The notes beneath the pieces are model-generated. The model was not told the DNA's origin. It ran no database searches and saw only the letters and a list, made by a program, of their open reading frames with translations. A stretch of DNA of 64,000 nucleotides. Source: Planctomycetota bacterium. GTDB lineage: Bacteria; Planctomycetota; UBA1135. How positions within the stretch are numbered: position 1 is the first letter of the stretch; each line of letters begins with the position of its first letter. Positions 1 through 9,954 of the stretch are shown here, piece by piece. The DNA is taken from assembly GCA_045047305.1 (NCBI GenBank), contig JASFYO010000021.1, positions 32,001 to 96,000 of the forward strand. The letters run 5' to 3'. A program made the translations under genes and the position numbers.

Positions 1-134
1 CATTTTTTATCCCCGAGCTAGGTATCGGACGGCATCCAAGATGTTTGCCAGTATCTTGAAAAGGATTTTAAGACTTCCTCGGAAATAGGATGTTGCAATG
101 TCTTTACCCCCTAGAGAATGGGGGTTTCCGAGCA

Positions 135-998
135 TCAAGGAAATCGCACTAAATCCTGAAAAACTAGGTCTGGAGTGACTTGTCCGGCGAGCCTTGCGAG
201 GGCGTGGTCTAAGCGTCGGCACCACTGTCCCTGGAAGAGTAAATAGGCGGAATTTGGGGATACGTGGGCAGTTACAAGCCAGGCTCTTGTGGCTGCTAAA
301 AGGAGCAAGCCCAACTGTCGCTTCTCGGCCAATTTACTAGCTGTAGGAGTTTGGCACCAAGTTTCGGGGCCATCCATCCCGTTGAGCCAAGCTGAGACCA
401 TTGGGAAGCACTCAAGGAGCATTTTTCGCTCCCCTAGTGGGAGTTCAAGGATGGCTTCACCGGAGCCACAGGCGCGGATAAGAATATTCCAATCTTCTAC
501 CCCGATTCCTGCTGCAGCGGCCTGCCGACTCATTTCTTCCGGTTCCGCCCGCGGCACTCGCCAAATACGGCAACGGGAGCGCAGAGCAGGGCTGAGATCG
601 TAGAGCTCGGTTGCGGTGAAAAAGAGGACGGTGCCTTCTGGAGGTTCCTCAGTGGTTTTGAGTAAAGCACCCTGAGCGTCGACTGTCATGCGGTCGGCGT
701 CGAAGAGAACCACGGCTCGGTGCTTGCCGATCTTGGGCCGATATTTCAAGGCAGTTTCCACACAAGGAACCCCCTCTTTGCGAAAGGTGATGTGCTCCAC
801 CTTAAGCCCTGGGGTCCCAAGTTCGGTTGGATCGAATAAAGCGAAATCAGCGTGTTCCCGCACCGGTCCTCGAGATTGCAGCAAGGAGGCTGCACAGTCC
901 AGCGCGACTTCTCGAATGCGACTGCGGGAGGCACCAACAAATAGGTAGGCGTCGGCAAGTGCTCCTGCGGCCACTTCGGTTTCAAAGCGTTGCTTCAT
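135..998 (-). CDS. holB: DNA polymerase III delta' subunit (clamp loader), divergent
   Basis: AYLFVG, DADRMTVDAQGALLKTTEEPP and LRSRC motifs; overlaps the tmk stop by 4 nt (ATGA), the usual tmk-holB order. Confidence 0.8.
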   Translation of the reverse strand: MKQRFETEVAAGALADAYLFVGASRSRIREVALDCAASLLQSRGPVREHADFALFDPTELGTPGLKVEHITFRKEGVPCVETALKYRPKIGKHRAVVLFDADRMTVDAQGALLKTTEEPPEGTVLFFTATELYDLSPALRSRCRIWRVPRAEPEEMSRQAAAAGIGVEDWNILIRACGSGEAILELPLGERKMLLECFPMVSAWLNGMDGPETWCQTPTASKLAEKRQLGLLLLAATRAWLVTAHVSPNSAYLLFQGQWCRRLDHALARLAGQVTPDLVFQDLVRFP

Positions 999-1615
999 AC
1001 GCGACGCGCCTCCACCGCTTGCACAACCTTTGCTGCAATTTGTTGAATGCTCAATCCTTCCGCGGCGATCAGCGCAGTTCGTGCTGGATTGGCCTTGGCG
1101 TAGGCCAGATAACCTTCACGAACTTTTTCCTGAAAACCCAAACCGCGACTTTCGAAGCCATCATGGCCGCCTTCACCGCCAACGCGGGCAAAACTCACTG
1201 CTGGTTCTAGATCGAGAATCAAAACTCCATGCGGCTGAAGCTCCGGGGCCACCACTAAGCGGTCGAGGTCAAGAACCCAATCCACCAGGCCTTTTTGCCC
1301 TTGATAGGCCACGGTGGAAGGCGTGAAGCGCTCACAGACCACGTCGCGACCAGATGCTAGGGCCGGTGCGACTTTGGCGCGCAGCAGTTCATTACGCGCA
1401 GCAAAAAACAACAGCGCTTCAGAGCGTGGGTCCCAGTTTTCGCGATCGACGTCGAGCAGCATTTTCCGCAGCCCTTCTCCCAATCCGGTGCTGCCGGGCT
1501 CGCGCAAATGTAACGGCCGACGCCCAGCATTTTCTAGTACCTGAACCAGTAACTCCGCCTGGGTGGACTTCCCAGAGCCGTCCATTCCTTCAAGAATCCA
1601 AAATCCCGCTGTCAT
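995..1615 (-). CDS. tmk: Thymidylate kinase
   Basis: P-loop EGMDGSGKST, REPG, LLFFAAR, ERF..STVAYQG; start taken at MTAGF (1615). Confidence 0.95.
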   Translation of the reverse strand: MTAGFWILEGMDGSGKSTQAELLVQVLENAGRRPLHLREPGSTGLGEGLRKMLLDVDRENWDPRSEALLFFAARNELLRAKVAPALASGRDVVCERFTPSTVAYQGQKGLVDWVLDLDRLVVAPELQPHGVLILDLEPAVSFARVGGEGGHDGFESRGLGFQEKVREGYLAYAKANPARTALIAAEGLSIQQIAAKVVQAVEARRV

Positions 1616-1675
1616 GGCCTTATCGTAGTGTCGCCGCACTGGAAATCGATGCCTCCTTGCGGTTAGTCTCTGGGC

Positions 1676-2767
1676 ATGCCGCGTCGACTCCTTGCTTTCC
1701 TGGCCATAGGGCTCTTACTCCTTGCTTCTTGCGTCACACCCGCCCCACCACGGCAGGTACCTCTTGGGCTCGAGCCTCCGGTGCAGTCCCCTCCAGGAGA
1801 GTTGTCTTTGCAGGAGCGTGTGCGCTGGTGGGAGAATCAACTTCCGCGACTTTCCTCGAGTGATCGGGTGGAAGCACGTCTGTTGATGGGAGAATTGCAT
1901 CTGGAAGCAGGACAGGCCGACGCCGCACGCCTTGCTTTTTATGAGGCAAAAGGCGGTCATCTTTCGGCCACGGAATTAGCTCGTTCCGAACGCGGTATTG
2001 GCCTGAGTTACTTTCTTCAGGGGAACCTTGCGGCAGGAGTTTCTCATCTTGAACGTGCATTGCCGCAGCTTGAGGGACCGGCTGCCGCCGAAACCGAGTA
2101 TCTCTTGGCGGCGGCAAAAGGCTCCCCTCTAAATGGACCGTCCAATGCGGTTAGCGAGCGCATGGGTGTTTACCTCGCCAAAGCCAACCTGAAAGCACCC
2201 GTAGCGAAAAGGGTTGAAGCATCCACCGATGGCATTCACTTTGATGTCAGTCGGCAACAATGGAACGCCGCAGCGATGCATTCCAATTGGGATCGGATGA
2301 CCACTCCCTATCGTATTACGGTGCATCACACTGCCATACCCATATCATCAACATCTCTCTCGGGAAATATTGCCGCGGTACGCGTGGTACAGGGTGAGCA
2401 TATGAATGGCAGGGGCATGGCAGACATCGCTTACCATTTCCTCATTGGGCGTGATGGAAGGATATTCCAAGGTCGCCCTCTGTATGCACAAGGGGCTCAT
2501 GCCTCGGGTGATTACAACATTGGCAACATTGGTATTTGCCTGCTAGGCAATTTTGTGGCCCAACCAAACCGTGGACCGGAATATGCAGCGGCACAGGCTC
2601 CTACGGCCAAGCAGATGGAATCACTGGAGCGTTTAGTTGGCGAAGTCCGTAGTACTTATGGGATCAAAGCCAATCAGGTTTGGGGCCACCAACATTGGAA
2701 ACCAACTAAGTGTCCGGGGCCACACCTTTTGTCGTGGGCTGCTCGTTACCGCCGCAGCGTTCAGTAA
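1676..2767 (+). CDS. Lipoprotein with TPR-like N-terminal region and C-terminal N-acetylmuramoyl-L-alanine amidase (Amidase_2/PGRP type)
   Basis: Lipobox LASC; helical TPR-like repeats; ITVHHT, IAYHFLI, GAHA, NIGICLLGNF and WGH...TKCPG motifs. Confidence 0.88.
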   Translation: MPRRLLAFLAIGLLLLASCVTPAPPRQVPLGLEPPVQSPPGELSLQERVRWWENQLPRLSSSDRVEARLLMGELHLEAGQADAARLAFYEAKGGHLSATELARSERGIGLSYFLQGNLAAGVSHLERALPQLEGPAAAETEYLLAAAKGSPLNGPSNAVSERMGVYLAKANLKAPVAKRVEASTDGIHFDVSRQQWNAAAMHSNWDRMTTPYRITVHHTAIPISSTSLSGNIAAVRVVQGEHMNGRGMADIAYHFLIGRDGRIFQGRPLYAQGAHASGDYNIGNIGICLLGNFVAQPNRGPEYAAAQAPTAKQMESLERLVGEVRSTYGIKANQVWGHQHWKPTKCPGPHLLSWAARYRRSVQ

Positions 2768-2768
2768 A

Positions 2769-3572
2769 TCAGAACAGGCTCGTGGCTAATGCTGCGAGCC
2801 CGAGTAGCCAGCAGTAGGGTGCAAAGAGGTGCAGTTTTCCGCGTTTGGTAATCCATACCAACATTCCCAGTGCCGTCCAGCCAACCAGAAAACTTACCCC
2901 CACAGCCAAACCTAAGGTGGTTAAATCCAGGCCTTGCGAGGTGTCGAGTTCGGGTAGCTTTAACACCGAGGCACCGAGGATGGCGGGAATCGACAACAGG
3001 AAGCTGAAAGCTGCAGCTGCTTCTGCAGAAAGGCCTAGGCGTAAACCCACCACGATGGTGGTTCCACTGCGCGAGATGCCCGGGAGAATCGCAAAGGCTT
3101 GAGAAAGCCCGATAATCAAGGCGCCTTTCCAAGAAAGTTCTTGGATGGACGTCCCGCCCGAAGGTAACCGTTTGGAGTACCACAAAATACATCCAGTCAA
3201 TAAAAGGGCACTGGCTGCGGGATAGGGCGAGCCAAACAATCCATCTAAATGATTGCGAATACTAAACCCAACAACGACAGCAGGAAGAGTCGCCAAAACC
3301 AATTGTCCGGCCAAGCGTCTTTGGTTGCTTACGTCGTCACCCTTACCAAAGAAACCAAGCACCAAACGAGTGAGGCGTTTTCTATAAAACAACAGAACCG
3401 CAAGCAGGGTTCCCACATGCAGCAAAACCTCAAGGCTGGCGTTGGCTGCTAACTGGTCGCCACCCGGCAAGAACTCTTTGCCCAAGACCAGATGCGCCGA
3501 AGAGGAGACTGGTAGGTATTCAGTAAGGCCTTGGAGGACGGCCAGAATTAGGACAAGTAAGAGCGCTCCCAA
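2769..3572 (-). CDS. uppP: Undecaprenyl-diphosphate phosphatase
   Basis: QGLTEYLPVSSSAH and PGISRSGTTI signatures; multi-TM; TTG start is uncertain. Confidence 0.95.
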   Translation of the reverse strand: MGALLLVLILAVLQGLTEYLPVSSSAHLVLGKEFLPGGDQLAANASLEVLLHVGTLLAVLLFYRKRLTRLVLGFFGKGDDVSNQRRLAGQLVLATLPAVVVGFSIRNHLDGLFGSPYPAASALLLTGCILWYSKRLPSGGTSIQELSWKGALIIGLSQAFAILPGISRSGTTIVVGLRLGLSAEAAAAFSFLLSIPAILGASVLKLPELDTSQGLDLTTLGLAVGVSFLVGWTALGMLVWITKRGKLHLFAPYCWLLGLAALATSLF

Positions 3573-3581
3573 TGGCTGAAC

Positions 3582-4700
3582 CTAGAGTGTTGCCGCAATG
3601 GATTCCGGAGTTTCCCACGTCATGTCGAATGCTTGCGCAACCGGTTTATTGGTCAGGCGACCAGCAAGGGTGTTGGCAGCAGTGGCGAGTTGTGGGTTCT
3701 TTAATACGGCATCCTTAGGCCCTAAAGCAGCAAGCTTTAGTACATAAGGAAGCGTGGCATTGGTGAGACCAAAGGTGCTGGTACGTGGAACTGCACCAGG
3801 CATGTTCGCAACACAGTAATGCACCACCCCATGGATGACGTAGGTCGGGTTCTCATGCGTGGTTGGGCGGCAAGTTTCAATGCAGCCACCTTGGTCGACA
3901 GCGACGTCGACAATGACCGAACGATCGGCCATGAGAGTAAGGTCTTCCTCCAGCACCAACTTGGGTGCCCGGGCGCCTGGAATCAATACGGCACCAATGA
4001 GCAGATCAGTGTGCGGCAAACGCTCGCGGATGGCCTGTCGGGTAGAGAACACGGTGGTGACATTCGCAGGCATTACTTCTTCTAAGTAGCGCATGCGCTC
4101 TAAATCCAAGTCCAAAATGGTTACGTTGGCGCCAAGTCCAGATGCCATCCATGCGGCATGGGTACCCACAATTCCACCGCCAAGAATCATGACGTTAGAA
4201 GGTGCAACTCCCGGAAGGCCGCCGAGTAGAACACCACGCCCGCCCTGAGGAGCTTGCAAAGCCTTCGCCCCTTCTTGAACCGACATGCGCCCTGCGACTT
4301 CTGACATCGGAGTCAGCAAAGGCAAAGTGCGGCCGACCTCCAAAGTTTCATAGGCGAAACAATGTGCGCCTGATGCCAGCATGCCTTCGGTGAGTGCGCG
4401 GTCTGCCGCGAAATGGAAGTAAGTGAAAATAGTTTGGCCAGGGCGGGCACGGGCGATTTCTTCCGCTTGCGGTTCCTTCACTTTGACGATCATGTCAGCC
4501 TGGGCCCAAACATCTGCTACATTCTCTAACACCGTAGCGCCAGCAGTCACGTATTCTGAGTCAGGGAATCCCGAGCCGTCACCGGCCATGGTTTCCACGA
4601 GTACTTGATGGCCAGCCTCAACTAGCGCATGAGCTCCAGCCGGCGTCAATGCAACGCGCGCTTCCAGAACTTTGATTTCTTTTGGGATGCCTAGAATCAT
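3582..4700 (-). CDS. ald: Alanine dehydrogenase
   Basis: GIPKEIK..EARVALTP, KVKEP, PMSEVAGR, DVAVDQGG, YCVANMPGAVPRTST; AGGAG RBS. Confidence 0.97.
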   Translation of the reverse strand: MILGIPKEIKVLEARVALTPAGAHALVEAGHQVLVETMAGDGSGFPDSEYVTAGATVLENVADVWAQADMIVKVKEPQAEEIARARPGQTIFTYFHFAADRALTEGMLASGAHCFAYETLEVGRTLPLLTPMSEVAGRMSVQEGAKALQAPQGGRGVLLGGLPGVAPSNVMILGGGIVGTHAAWMASGLGANVTILDLDLERMRYLEEVMPANVTTVFSTRQAIRERLPHTDLLIGAVLIPGARAPKLVLEEDLTLMADRSVIVDVAVDQGGCIETCRPTTHENPTYVIHGVVHYCVANMPGAVPRTSTFGLTNATLPYVLKLAALGPKDAVLKNPQLATAANTLAGRLTNKPVAQAFDMTWETPESIAATL

Positions 4701-4771
4701 GGGGTCTCCTTGATGAAGGAAGCACGGGATTCTAGTGTTGCGGGCCTAGTCCTCCTACCCGGAACCTATCG

Positions 4772-5458
4772 ATGTCAAAAACAGCAGAACGATTCACCGA
4801 AATTCGGGCCCGTATGGCGGAAGCAGCATTACGCGGTGGCCACGATCCCGCAGGGGTCGATTTGGTGGCTGTGGCCAAAACCGCAACGGCCCATTCCTTG
4901 CAGGAAGCTTGGGATGCTGGCCAACGTATTTTCGGCCATAATCGGGTTGAGGCTCTTGAAGCCCATCGTCTTATCTTGCCTGAAGCCCATTGGCACTTAC
5001 TTGGGCCATTGCAAGGGCGAAAAGTACGCCGTGGGATCGTGGCATCGGCTTGTTATCAGGCCCTGGGGGAATCCCAAACCCTTCAGCGCTGCGCCTCGGC
5101 TGTGGCAGAGACCAACTCCACCCCCTATCCCGTGCTGTTGCAAATCAACCTCAATCCAGAGGATGGGCGTTATGGTTGCCGATTGGCTCAACTTGATGCT
5201 CTAGTCACCGAGGTAAATGCAAGCGAGCAGCTTCATTTCTCAGGATTGATGGCTTTGGCTCTTGCCGACGCGCCGGAAGCCAAACTAAGAGCCGATTTCT
5301 CCACCTTGTTTGAGCATTTCCAGCGTTTGCAAAAGGAGGGGCAACTTGACCCCCAGGCATACCTATCTATGGGCATGAGTCAAGACTTCGAGATTGCAAT
5401 CGAGGAAGGAGCTAATCTGGTGCGTGTCGGGCGTGCGCTCTTCCCTCCCGCCCCTTAA
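4772..5458 (+). CDS. yggS: PLP homeostasis protein, YggS/PLPBP family
   Basis: LVAVAKT (PLP Lys), WHLLGPLQ, LSMGMSQDFEIAIEEGANLVRVGRALF. Confidence 0.93.
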   Translation: MSKTAERFTEIRARMAEAALRGGHDPAGVDLVAVAKTATAHSLQEAWDAGQRIFGHNRVEALEAHRLILPEAHWHLLGPLQGRKVRRGIVASACYQALGESQTLQRCASAVAETNSTPYPVLLQINLNPEDGRYGCRLAQLDALVTEVNASEQLHFSGLMALALADAPEAKLRADFSTLFEHFQRLQKEGQLDPQAYLSMGMSQDFEIAIEEGANLVRVGRALFPPAP

Positions 5459-5461
5459 ATC

Positions 5462-8035
5462 GTGACCATCCGCCTCAAATGGAATTCCACCGATCAGGAA
5501 ACTGGTGGGGCCTTTACCCTTCGTGGTGCATCACTGTATTTGGTGATATCCGACGCAGGTGGTTTAGATCAACTTGGAACGGATCCCGGTGAGCGAGATG
5601 GTTTCGTTATTTCAGAACTAGAACCGGGCGTTTTGCAACTCGAAACACGTGGTGAGTGCTTCTTCCAAGATAGTGGTGGTTTTGTTCAATTATCAGAGTT
5701 GAAATACGGCGCCAAAATCGTAGCGACTTCACCCGATTTTGAATGGGAGTTGTTTGCCGACGGCAAGATGGCAATTCAGGATCCTCTTGTCGATACGACT
5801 TTGGGCGGGCATAAAATCATCGGGCGATTAGGGAACGGCTCTATGGGCGTGGTTTACAGGGCGATTCAGATTAACCTTGAACGTGAAGTGGCGCTGAAGG
5901 TTTTGGACCCCAAAGCAGCCAAGAAATCGCCGCTTGCAGTGGCATCATTTAAGCGTGAAGCAGTAGCCGCCGGACGTCTATCCCACCCCAATTTGGTCCA
6001 GGTTTACGATGTCGGGCATGACCGTGGCCTCTATTTCTTTTCCATGGAGTTGGTGCCCGCAGGTGATTTAGAAGACCGACTCAGGGAAGCCGGCCCCCTG
6101 CCTTGGCGAGAAGCCTTGGAGTATCTCCTCGATGCTACAGATGCGCTTTTGTTTGCGCGTGAACATCATTTAGTCCACCGCGACGTCAAGCCCGAGAACT
6201 TAATGCTTACCATCGATGGGCGGTGCAAACTTGCTGATTTAGGTATGGCTGCAACCCGGGGCATGGTGGAACAGGATGGTGCCGGTGGAACGCCTCATTT
6301 TATGGCTCCCGAATGTGTTACTAGGAGTTTCGATCACCGCTCTGACTTTTACAGTTTGGGTTGCACGCTTTACCGTTTGCTGACCAACCAAACACCTTAT
6401 CGCGGAGATACCGTACGCGACATTTTGCGGGCGCATCGGGACAGTCCAGTTCCGCGGTTAAAGGATGCTCAAGTGGATGCCCCCTCTGGAGTTCAGGAGT
6501 TATTGGATTGGCTTATGGCAAAGGATGCGGAAGAACGTCCACAGGATGCGCAGGCTATTTTAGAAGACATTCATAACCTGCTTGATGGAAAACGCTCGCG
6601 TGGTTTGATGATGGGCCTAGCTGCAATTGCAGTTCTTGCGGTTGGGGCTTCCTTGTTCTTTGCTTTGAAAAAGCACCCAGAATCTACCCAAGAAACCGTG
6701 TACGTTGAGACCGATTCCGGTGCAGCGCAAGAAGAACGCGAAAGGGCTGACGCCCTTGCCCGTGAGCTAGCCTTCACGACTGCTATGGCGACTGCTGAAG
6801 GACCAGAGCGTGCGCAATTGCTGCAAGTGTTTCTGCTTGATTACCCCGATTCGGAATTCATTTCGCGGGCGGAAGTCGAGCTCGACCGTTTGGCTAAATT
6901 AGCCCAAGCGAAGGTGGAAAAAGTTCAGGAAGTCGATCCTCTAGCGGCGGAGAAATTGGCGTTGAGTGAACTTGAAAACCAATTGAAGGCGGCATTAAGT
7001 GAAGCTGCGTTTGGTAAGGCTCACCAAACTTTGACTCTTGCCACAGTCCCCCTCGAATGGTTGGCACCACTTTGGGCTAGATTGGAAGGGTCAACGAACA
7101 CAGCCTTTCTTGCATGGGAAGCGCAACATGCCTCCTTACTTCAGAAGGAGGATTGGAGTGCTGCAGAAGTCGTCCGCCAAAACTTCGAATCCTCATTACA
7201 AAGTGCTGCGCAAATACCAGAAGCCTGGAGGCAACGTCTTTCAGTCCTAAAAACTCAAGCATTTAAGGCTGAGGAGTCTGCCTTAGAACGCGATTATCGC
7301 GAGGCTCGCATCACCGTTCTAGTGGCTATGCAGAATTCGGTTTTACCGGCCTTGGATGAGTGGAGATTCCGTGATGCTGCGCAAGACTTGAGCCAAGTGG
7401 CAGAGTCCTGCCCACATGCCGAGCTGCAAAAGGCGTTGCGCGCCCGAGTCTCTATGCTTCAACAAGCCGCAGTGATTCAGGAAGCACTTTTCGCCAAACT
7501 GGAAGGAGATGTTCTTCTTCCAATCATTGAGCCACTGGAAGGTAAACGCGCTTTCGCTACTGCAGCGAGCGCAAAGGGTTTTGTGATTGTCGTCCAAGTG
7601 CGGGGCGAGAGAAAAGAGCGCCTGGATGCATGGCAACTGTATGAATCCCCTACCGTCTTAGTTGAATTGCTAGATTCGATTCTCAAAGAGGATCAACCAG
7701 CTCAAGAGCATCAGAGCTTTCTTACCGTGATATCTTCCCGCGCTTTGGCCCGGGAATTTGTCAATTGGAATCAAGTGCCAACCACGCAGCAGGCCTCGGA
7801 ATTGGCCTTAGAATGCAAAGCATGGACAAAGTTACTTGGAGATGCCAGCTTGCTTGGGAACTCCGCGCTAATGGAAGAAGGTTTTGCATTGCAAGGATTG
7901 TCGGAACTCGCATCGAACTTGGCGATAGACGATGCTTATTCCGCCCTCTTACATGCTGAAGAGTTGCAGAATAATTTTTCATTGCTGGCAGCTTGGAGCT
8001 CGGATGGCACCTCAACCTGGGGCATGAAACCATGA
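5462..8035 (+). CDS. Membrane-anchored Hanks-type Ser/Thr protein kinase with a large helical C-terminal region
   Basis: GNGSMGVVY, VALK, HRDVKPEN, DLG, GTPHFMAPE, SDFYSLG; one TM helix (GLMMGLAAIAVLAVGASLFFAL); GTG start. Confidence 0.92.
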   Translation: MTIRLKWNSTDQETGGAFTLRGASLYLVISDAGGLDQLGTDPGERDGFVISELEPGVLQLETRGECFFQDSGGFVQLSELKYGAKIVATSPDFEWELFADGKMAIQDPLVDTTLGGHKIIGRLGNGSMGVVYRAIQINLEREVALKVLDPKAAKKSPLAVASFKREAVAAGRLSHPNLVQVYDVGHDRGLYFFSMELVPAGDLEDRLREAGPLPWREALEYLLDATDALLFAREHHLVHRDVKPENLMLTIDGRCKLADLGMAATRGMVEQDGAGGTPHFMAPECVTRSFDHRSDFYSLGCTLYRLLTNQTPYRGDTVRDILRAHRDSPVPRLKDAQVDAPSGVQELLDWLMAKDAEERPQDAQAILEDIHNLLDGKRSRGLMMGLAAIAVLAVGASLFFALKKHPESTQETVYVETDSGAAQEERERADALARELAFTTAMATAEGPERAQLLQVFLLDYPDSEFISRAEVELDRLAKLAQAKVEKVQEVDPLAAEKLALSELENQLKAALSEAAFGKAHQTLTLATVPLEWLAPLWARLEGSTNTAFLAWEAQHASLLQKEDWSAAEVVRQNFESSLQSAAQIPEAWRQRLSVLKTQAFKAEESALERDYREARITVLVAMQNSVLPALDEWRFRDAAQDLSQVAESCPHAELQKALRARVSMLQQAAVIQEALFAKLEGDVLLPIIEPLEGKRAFATAASAKGFVIVVQVRGERKERLDAWQLYESPTVLVELLDSILKEDQPAQEHQSFLTVISSRALAREFVNWNQVPTTQQASELALECKAWTKLLGDASLLGNSALMEEGFALQGLSELASNLAIDDAYSALLHAEELQNNFSLLAAWSSDGTSTWGMKP

Positions 8036-8649
8036 TGCCGGCGCGGTTGGTGGTGTTAGCTTCCGGTGGTGGGCGCACCTTGGAGAATCTCCAAGGCCAA
8101 ATTCTGAATGGGAAACTCAATGCAAGAATCGAGTTGGTCGTTGCTTCTGAGGCCACTCTTGGAGCGGTGGAGAAAGCGAAGCAACTTGGCCTATCCATTT
8201 TGGTGGTCAGTAAAAAAAGCTACCCGGACCGCAAACAACGAGAGCATCGTTTGCTTGGCGCTATTTTGGAGGCGAGACCAGATTTAGTCATCCTGGCCGG
8301 TTGGTTGCAACTCCTGCCTATCCCGGCGGAACTGGAAGGTAAGGTGTTGAACATTCACCCAGCCTTGCTTCCTGCTTTCGGCGGCAAAGGGTTTTTCGGG
8401 CACCATGTTCATCAGGCTGTTTCCGCAGCCAGGGTGCCCATAACCGGTTGCACCGTTCATTTTGCTACTAGCCAATACGATGTTGGTCCAGTGGTTCTCC
8501 AAGCTTGTGTCTCGATTACGCCTGGAGAAAACCCAAAGGTTATCGCTGACACTGTTTTCGAAAAAGAATGCGAAGTCTACCCAGAAGCGATTCAAGCACT
8601 AATTGAAGGCCGTGCTCAATGGGAACACGGCGAGGTCTTGTGGAATTGA
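8032..8649 (+). CDS. purN: Phosphoribosylglycinamide formyltransferase
   Basis: SGGGRTL, LAGWLQLL, LNIHPALLPAFGG, GCTVHF, DVGP; ATGA overlap with the kinase stop. Confidence 0.95.
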   Translation: MMPARLVVLASGGGRTLENLQGQILNGKLNARIELVVASEATLGAVEKAKQLGLSILVVSKKSYPDRKQREHRLLGAILEARPDLVILAGWLQLLPIPAELEGKVLNIHPALLPAFGGKGFFGHHVHQAVSAARVPITGCTVHFATSQYDVGPVVLQACVSITPGENPKVIADTVFEKECEVYPEAIQALIEGRAQWEHGEVLWN

Positions 8650-8661
8650 TTTCCTCAACCG

Positions 8662-9954
8662 TTAGTTTTGAAACAAGCTCTTCACGCCTAATTCAAAATT
8701 GACACTACTGAGGTAGGCAGAGCTGCCCGGATCGGATGCGACTAAAACGGTGCCATCCGCTTGGGCCCACCAGCGCAAAATCTGAGAGCCCTTAGCCTTG
8801 GGCTGCCGCGAGATAGAGTAAAGGATGCGGCCAGACGGAGATTCTTCAGGAAGCGACAATGCTTCGCCACGTTCTAAACGCTGGCCATAATCTAGCAAGG
8901 CGGTAACAAATGCGGAATCCTCCGGATTTGTTTTTTCCTCGTTGTAACTCCCCCATCCATCACCTCGGCGCAAGAATATTTTACTAGCGTCACCGTATTC
9001 AATTTTCACGGAGGAAATCCGTTCCGGATTCAAGTCCAAAATCCTCGAACTAATTAAGTCATCTAATGGGATATCTAGAAACCGATAGGTGTGCTCCTCG
9101 TATGAGAACGGATATTTCCTTTGATCGGATACCACCAATCCGTCAAAAACTTGAAGCCGAACTTGCCGATTCCCGGAAGTGAAAATCAAATCTCCCTTCT
9201 TTTTCTCCAAAGGCAATTCTTCCAACAAAACATCACCGAGCCCTTCGACCCGTCCCCCCAATAGCGCCATGAGGTAAGGTTCACTTCTCACTTCAAGTGG
9301 TGCCTGGACTGGAGCACGGAGATACCAGCGATTGTTTTTTTTCTCCAAGAGAATACGTGGCCCCTCCACAGGGTTCCAAGAGACTTGAGTTACCCCGGCT
9401 CCAAATTCGTGCAAACGATGGTCACGCCATTGTTCCACCGGACGCGCTAGCATGCGGAAATCAGGAATAGGGAAACGGACTAGTTTTCCATTGCACTTGG
9501 CGACCTGCCAATTGCCAGAAGGTTCTTCAGCGCCAATAATTAGTTGCTGGACACTTCCGCCTTTGAAGGAAACTTCAATCAGAGCAGCGGCCGGGAGTAG
9601 GCCAAGCTCTTCCTCCGACTGGTTTTCCCATCCCGCTGGGGCAGGCTCCCAATGGGTGGTAAACAATGCCTGAAGAGCCGCTTGAACTACAAAAGGTTCC
9701 GCGTGGTCCGGCATGGGATTGGTGATTGCCCAACGATTGTCCTTGTACTCCAAGGAAACGGTAATGCCGAATCGCGGTTGTTCTATGGATAAACCAGTCA
9801 TAGAAGCTGGGTCCCCTTCGATGAGGGTACCTGCGTTAGCTTGAGGAAGTTCTACTTCTAAGCTGGTAGCGGTTTGTGAATGCGAAAGCTGCCACAAACC
9901 AAACACCGCGCCCAAAAGCAGGAGACAAATCAAAAACAAACGAGTCGGAGTCAT
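8662..9954 (-). CDS. DUF4340-like periplasmic protein with repeated domain
   Basis: N-terminal TM anchor, repeated W-x-I/L-x-x-P and (W/I)-R/S-D/S-x-R-L/I units; last gene of a Gld-type ABC cassette; ATGA coupling. Confidence 0.7.
   Translation of the reverse strand: MTPTRLFLICLLLLGAVFGLWQLSHSQTATSLEVELPQANAGTLIEGDPASMTGLSIEQPRFGITVSLEYKDNRWAITNPMPDHAEPFVVQAALQALFTTHWEPAPAGWENQSEEELGLLPAAALIEVSFKGGSVQQLIIGAEEPSGNWQVAKCNGKLVRFPIPDFRMLARPVEQWRDHRLHEFGAGVTQVSWNPVEGPRILLEKKNNRWYLRAPVQAPLEVRSEPYLMALLGGRVEGLGDVLLEELPLEKKKGDLIFTSGNRQVRLQVFDGLVVSDQRKYPFSYEEHTYRFLDIPLDDLISSRILDLNPERISSVKIEYGDASKIFLRRGDGWGSYNEEKTNPEDSAFVTALLDYGQRLERGEALSLPEESPSGRILYSISRQPKAKGSQILRWWAQADGTVLVASDPGSSAYLSSVNFELGVKSLFQN

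Noticed and set aside
1..134. Possible gene start (ATG at position 3, minus strand, after GGGGATAAAAA) and a sigma-54-like TGGCA-N6-TTGG at 36-50
   Set aside because: Only one codon is inside the window, and the motif lacks the conserved -12 GC
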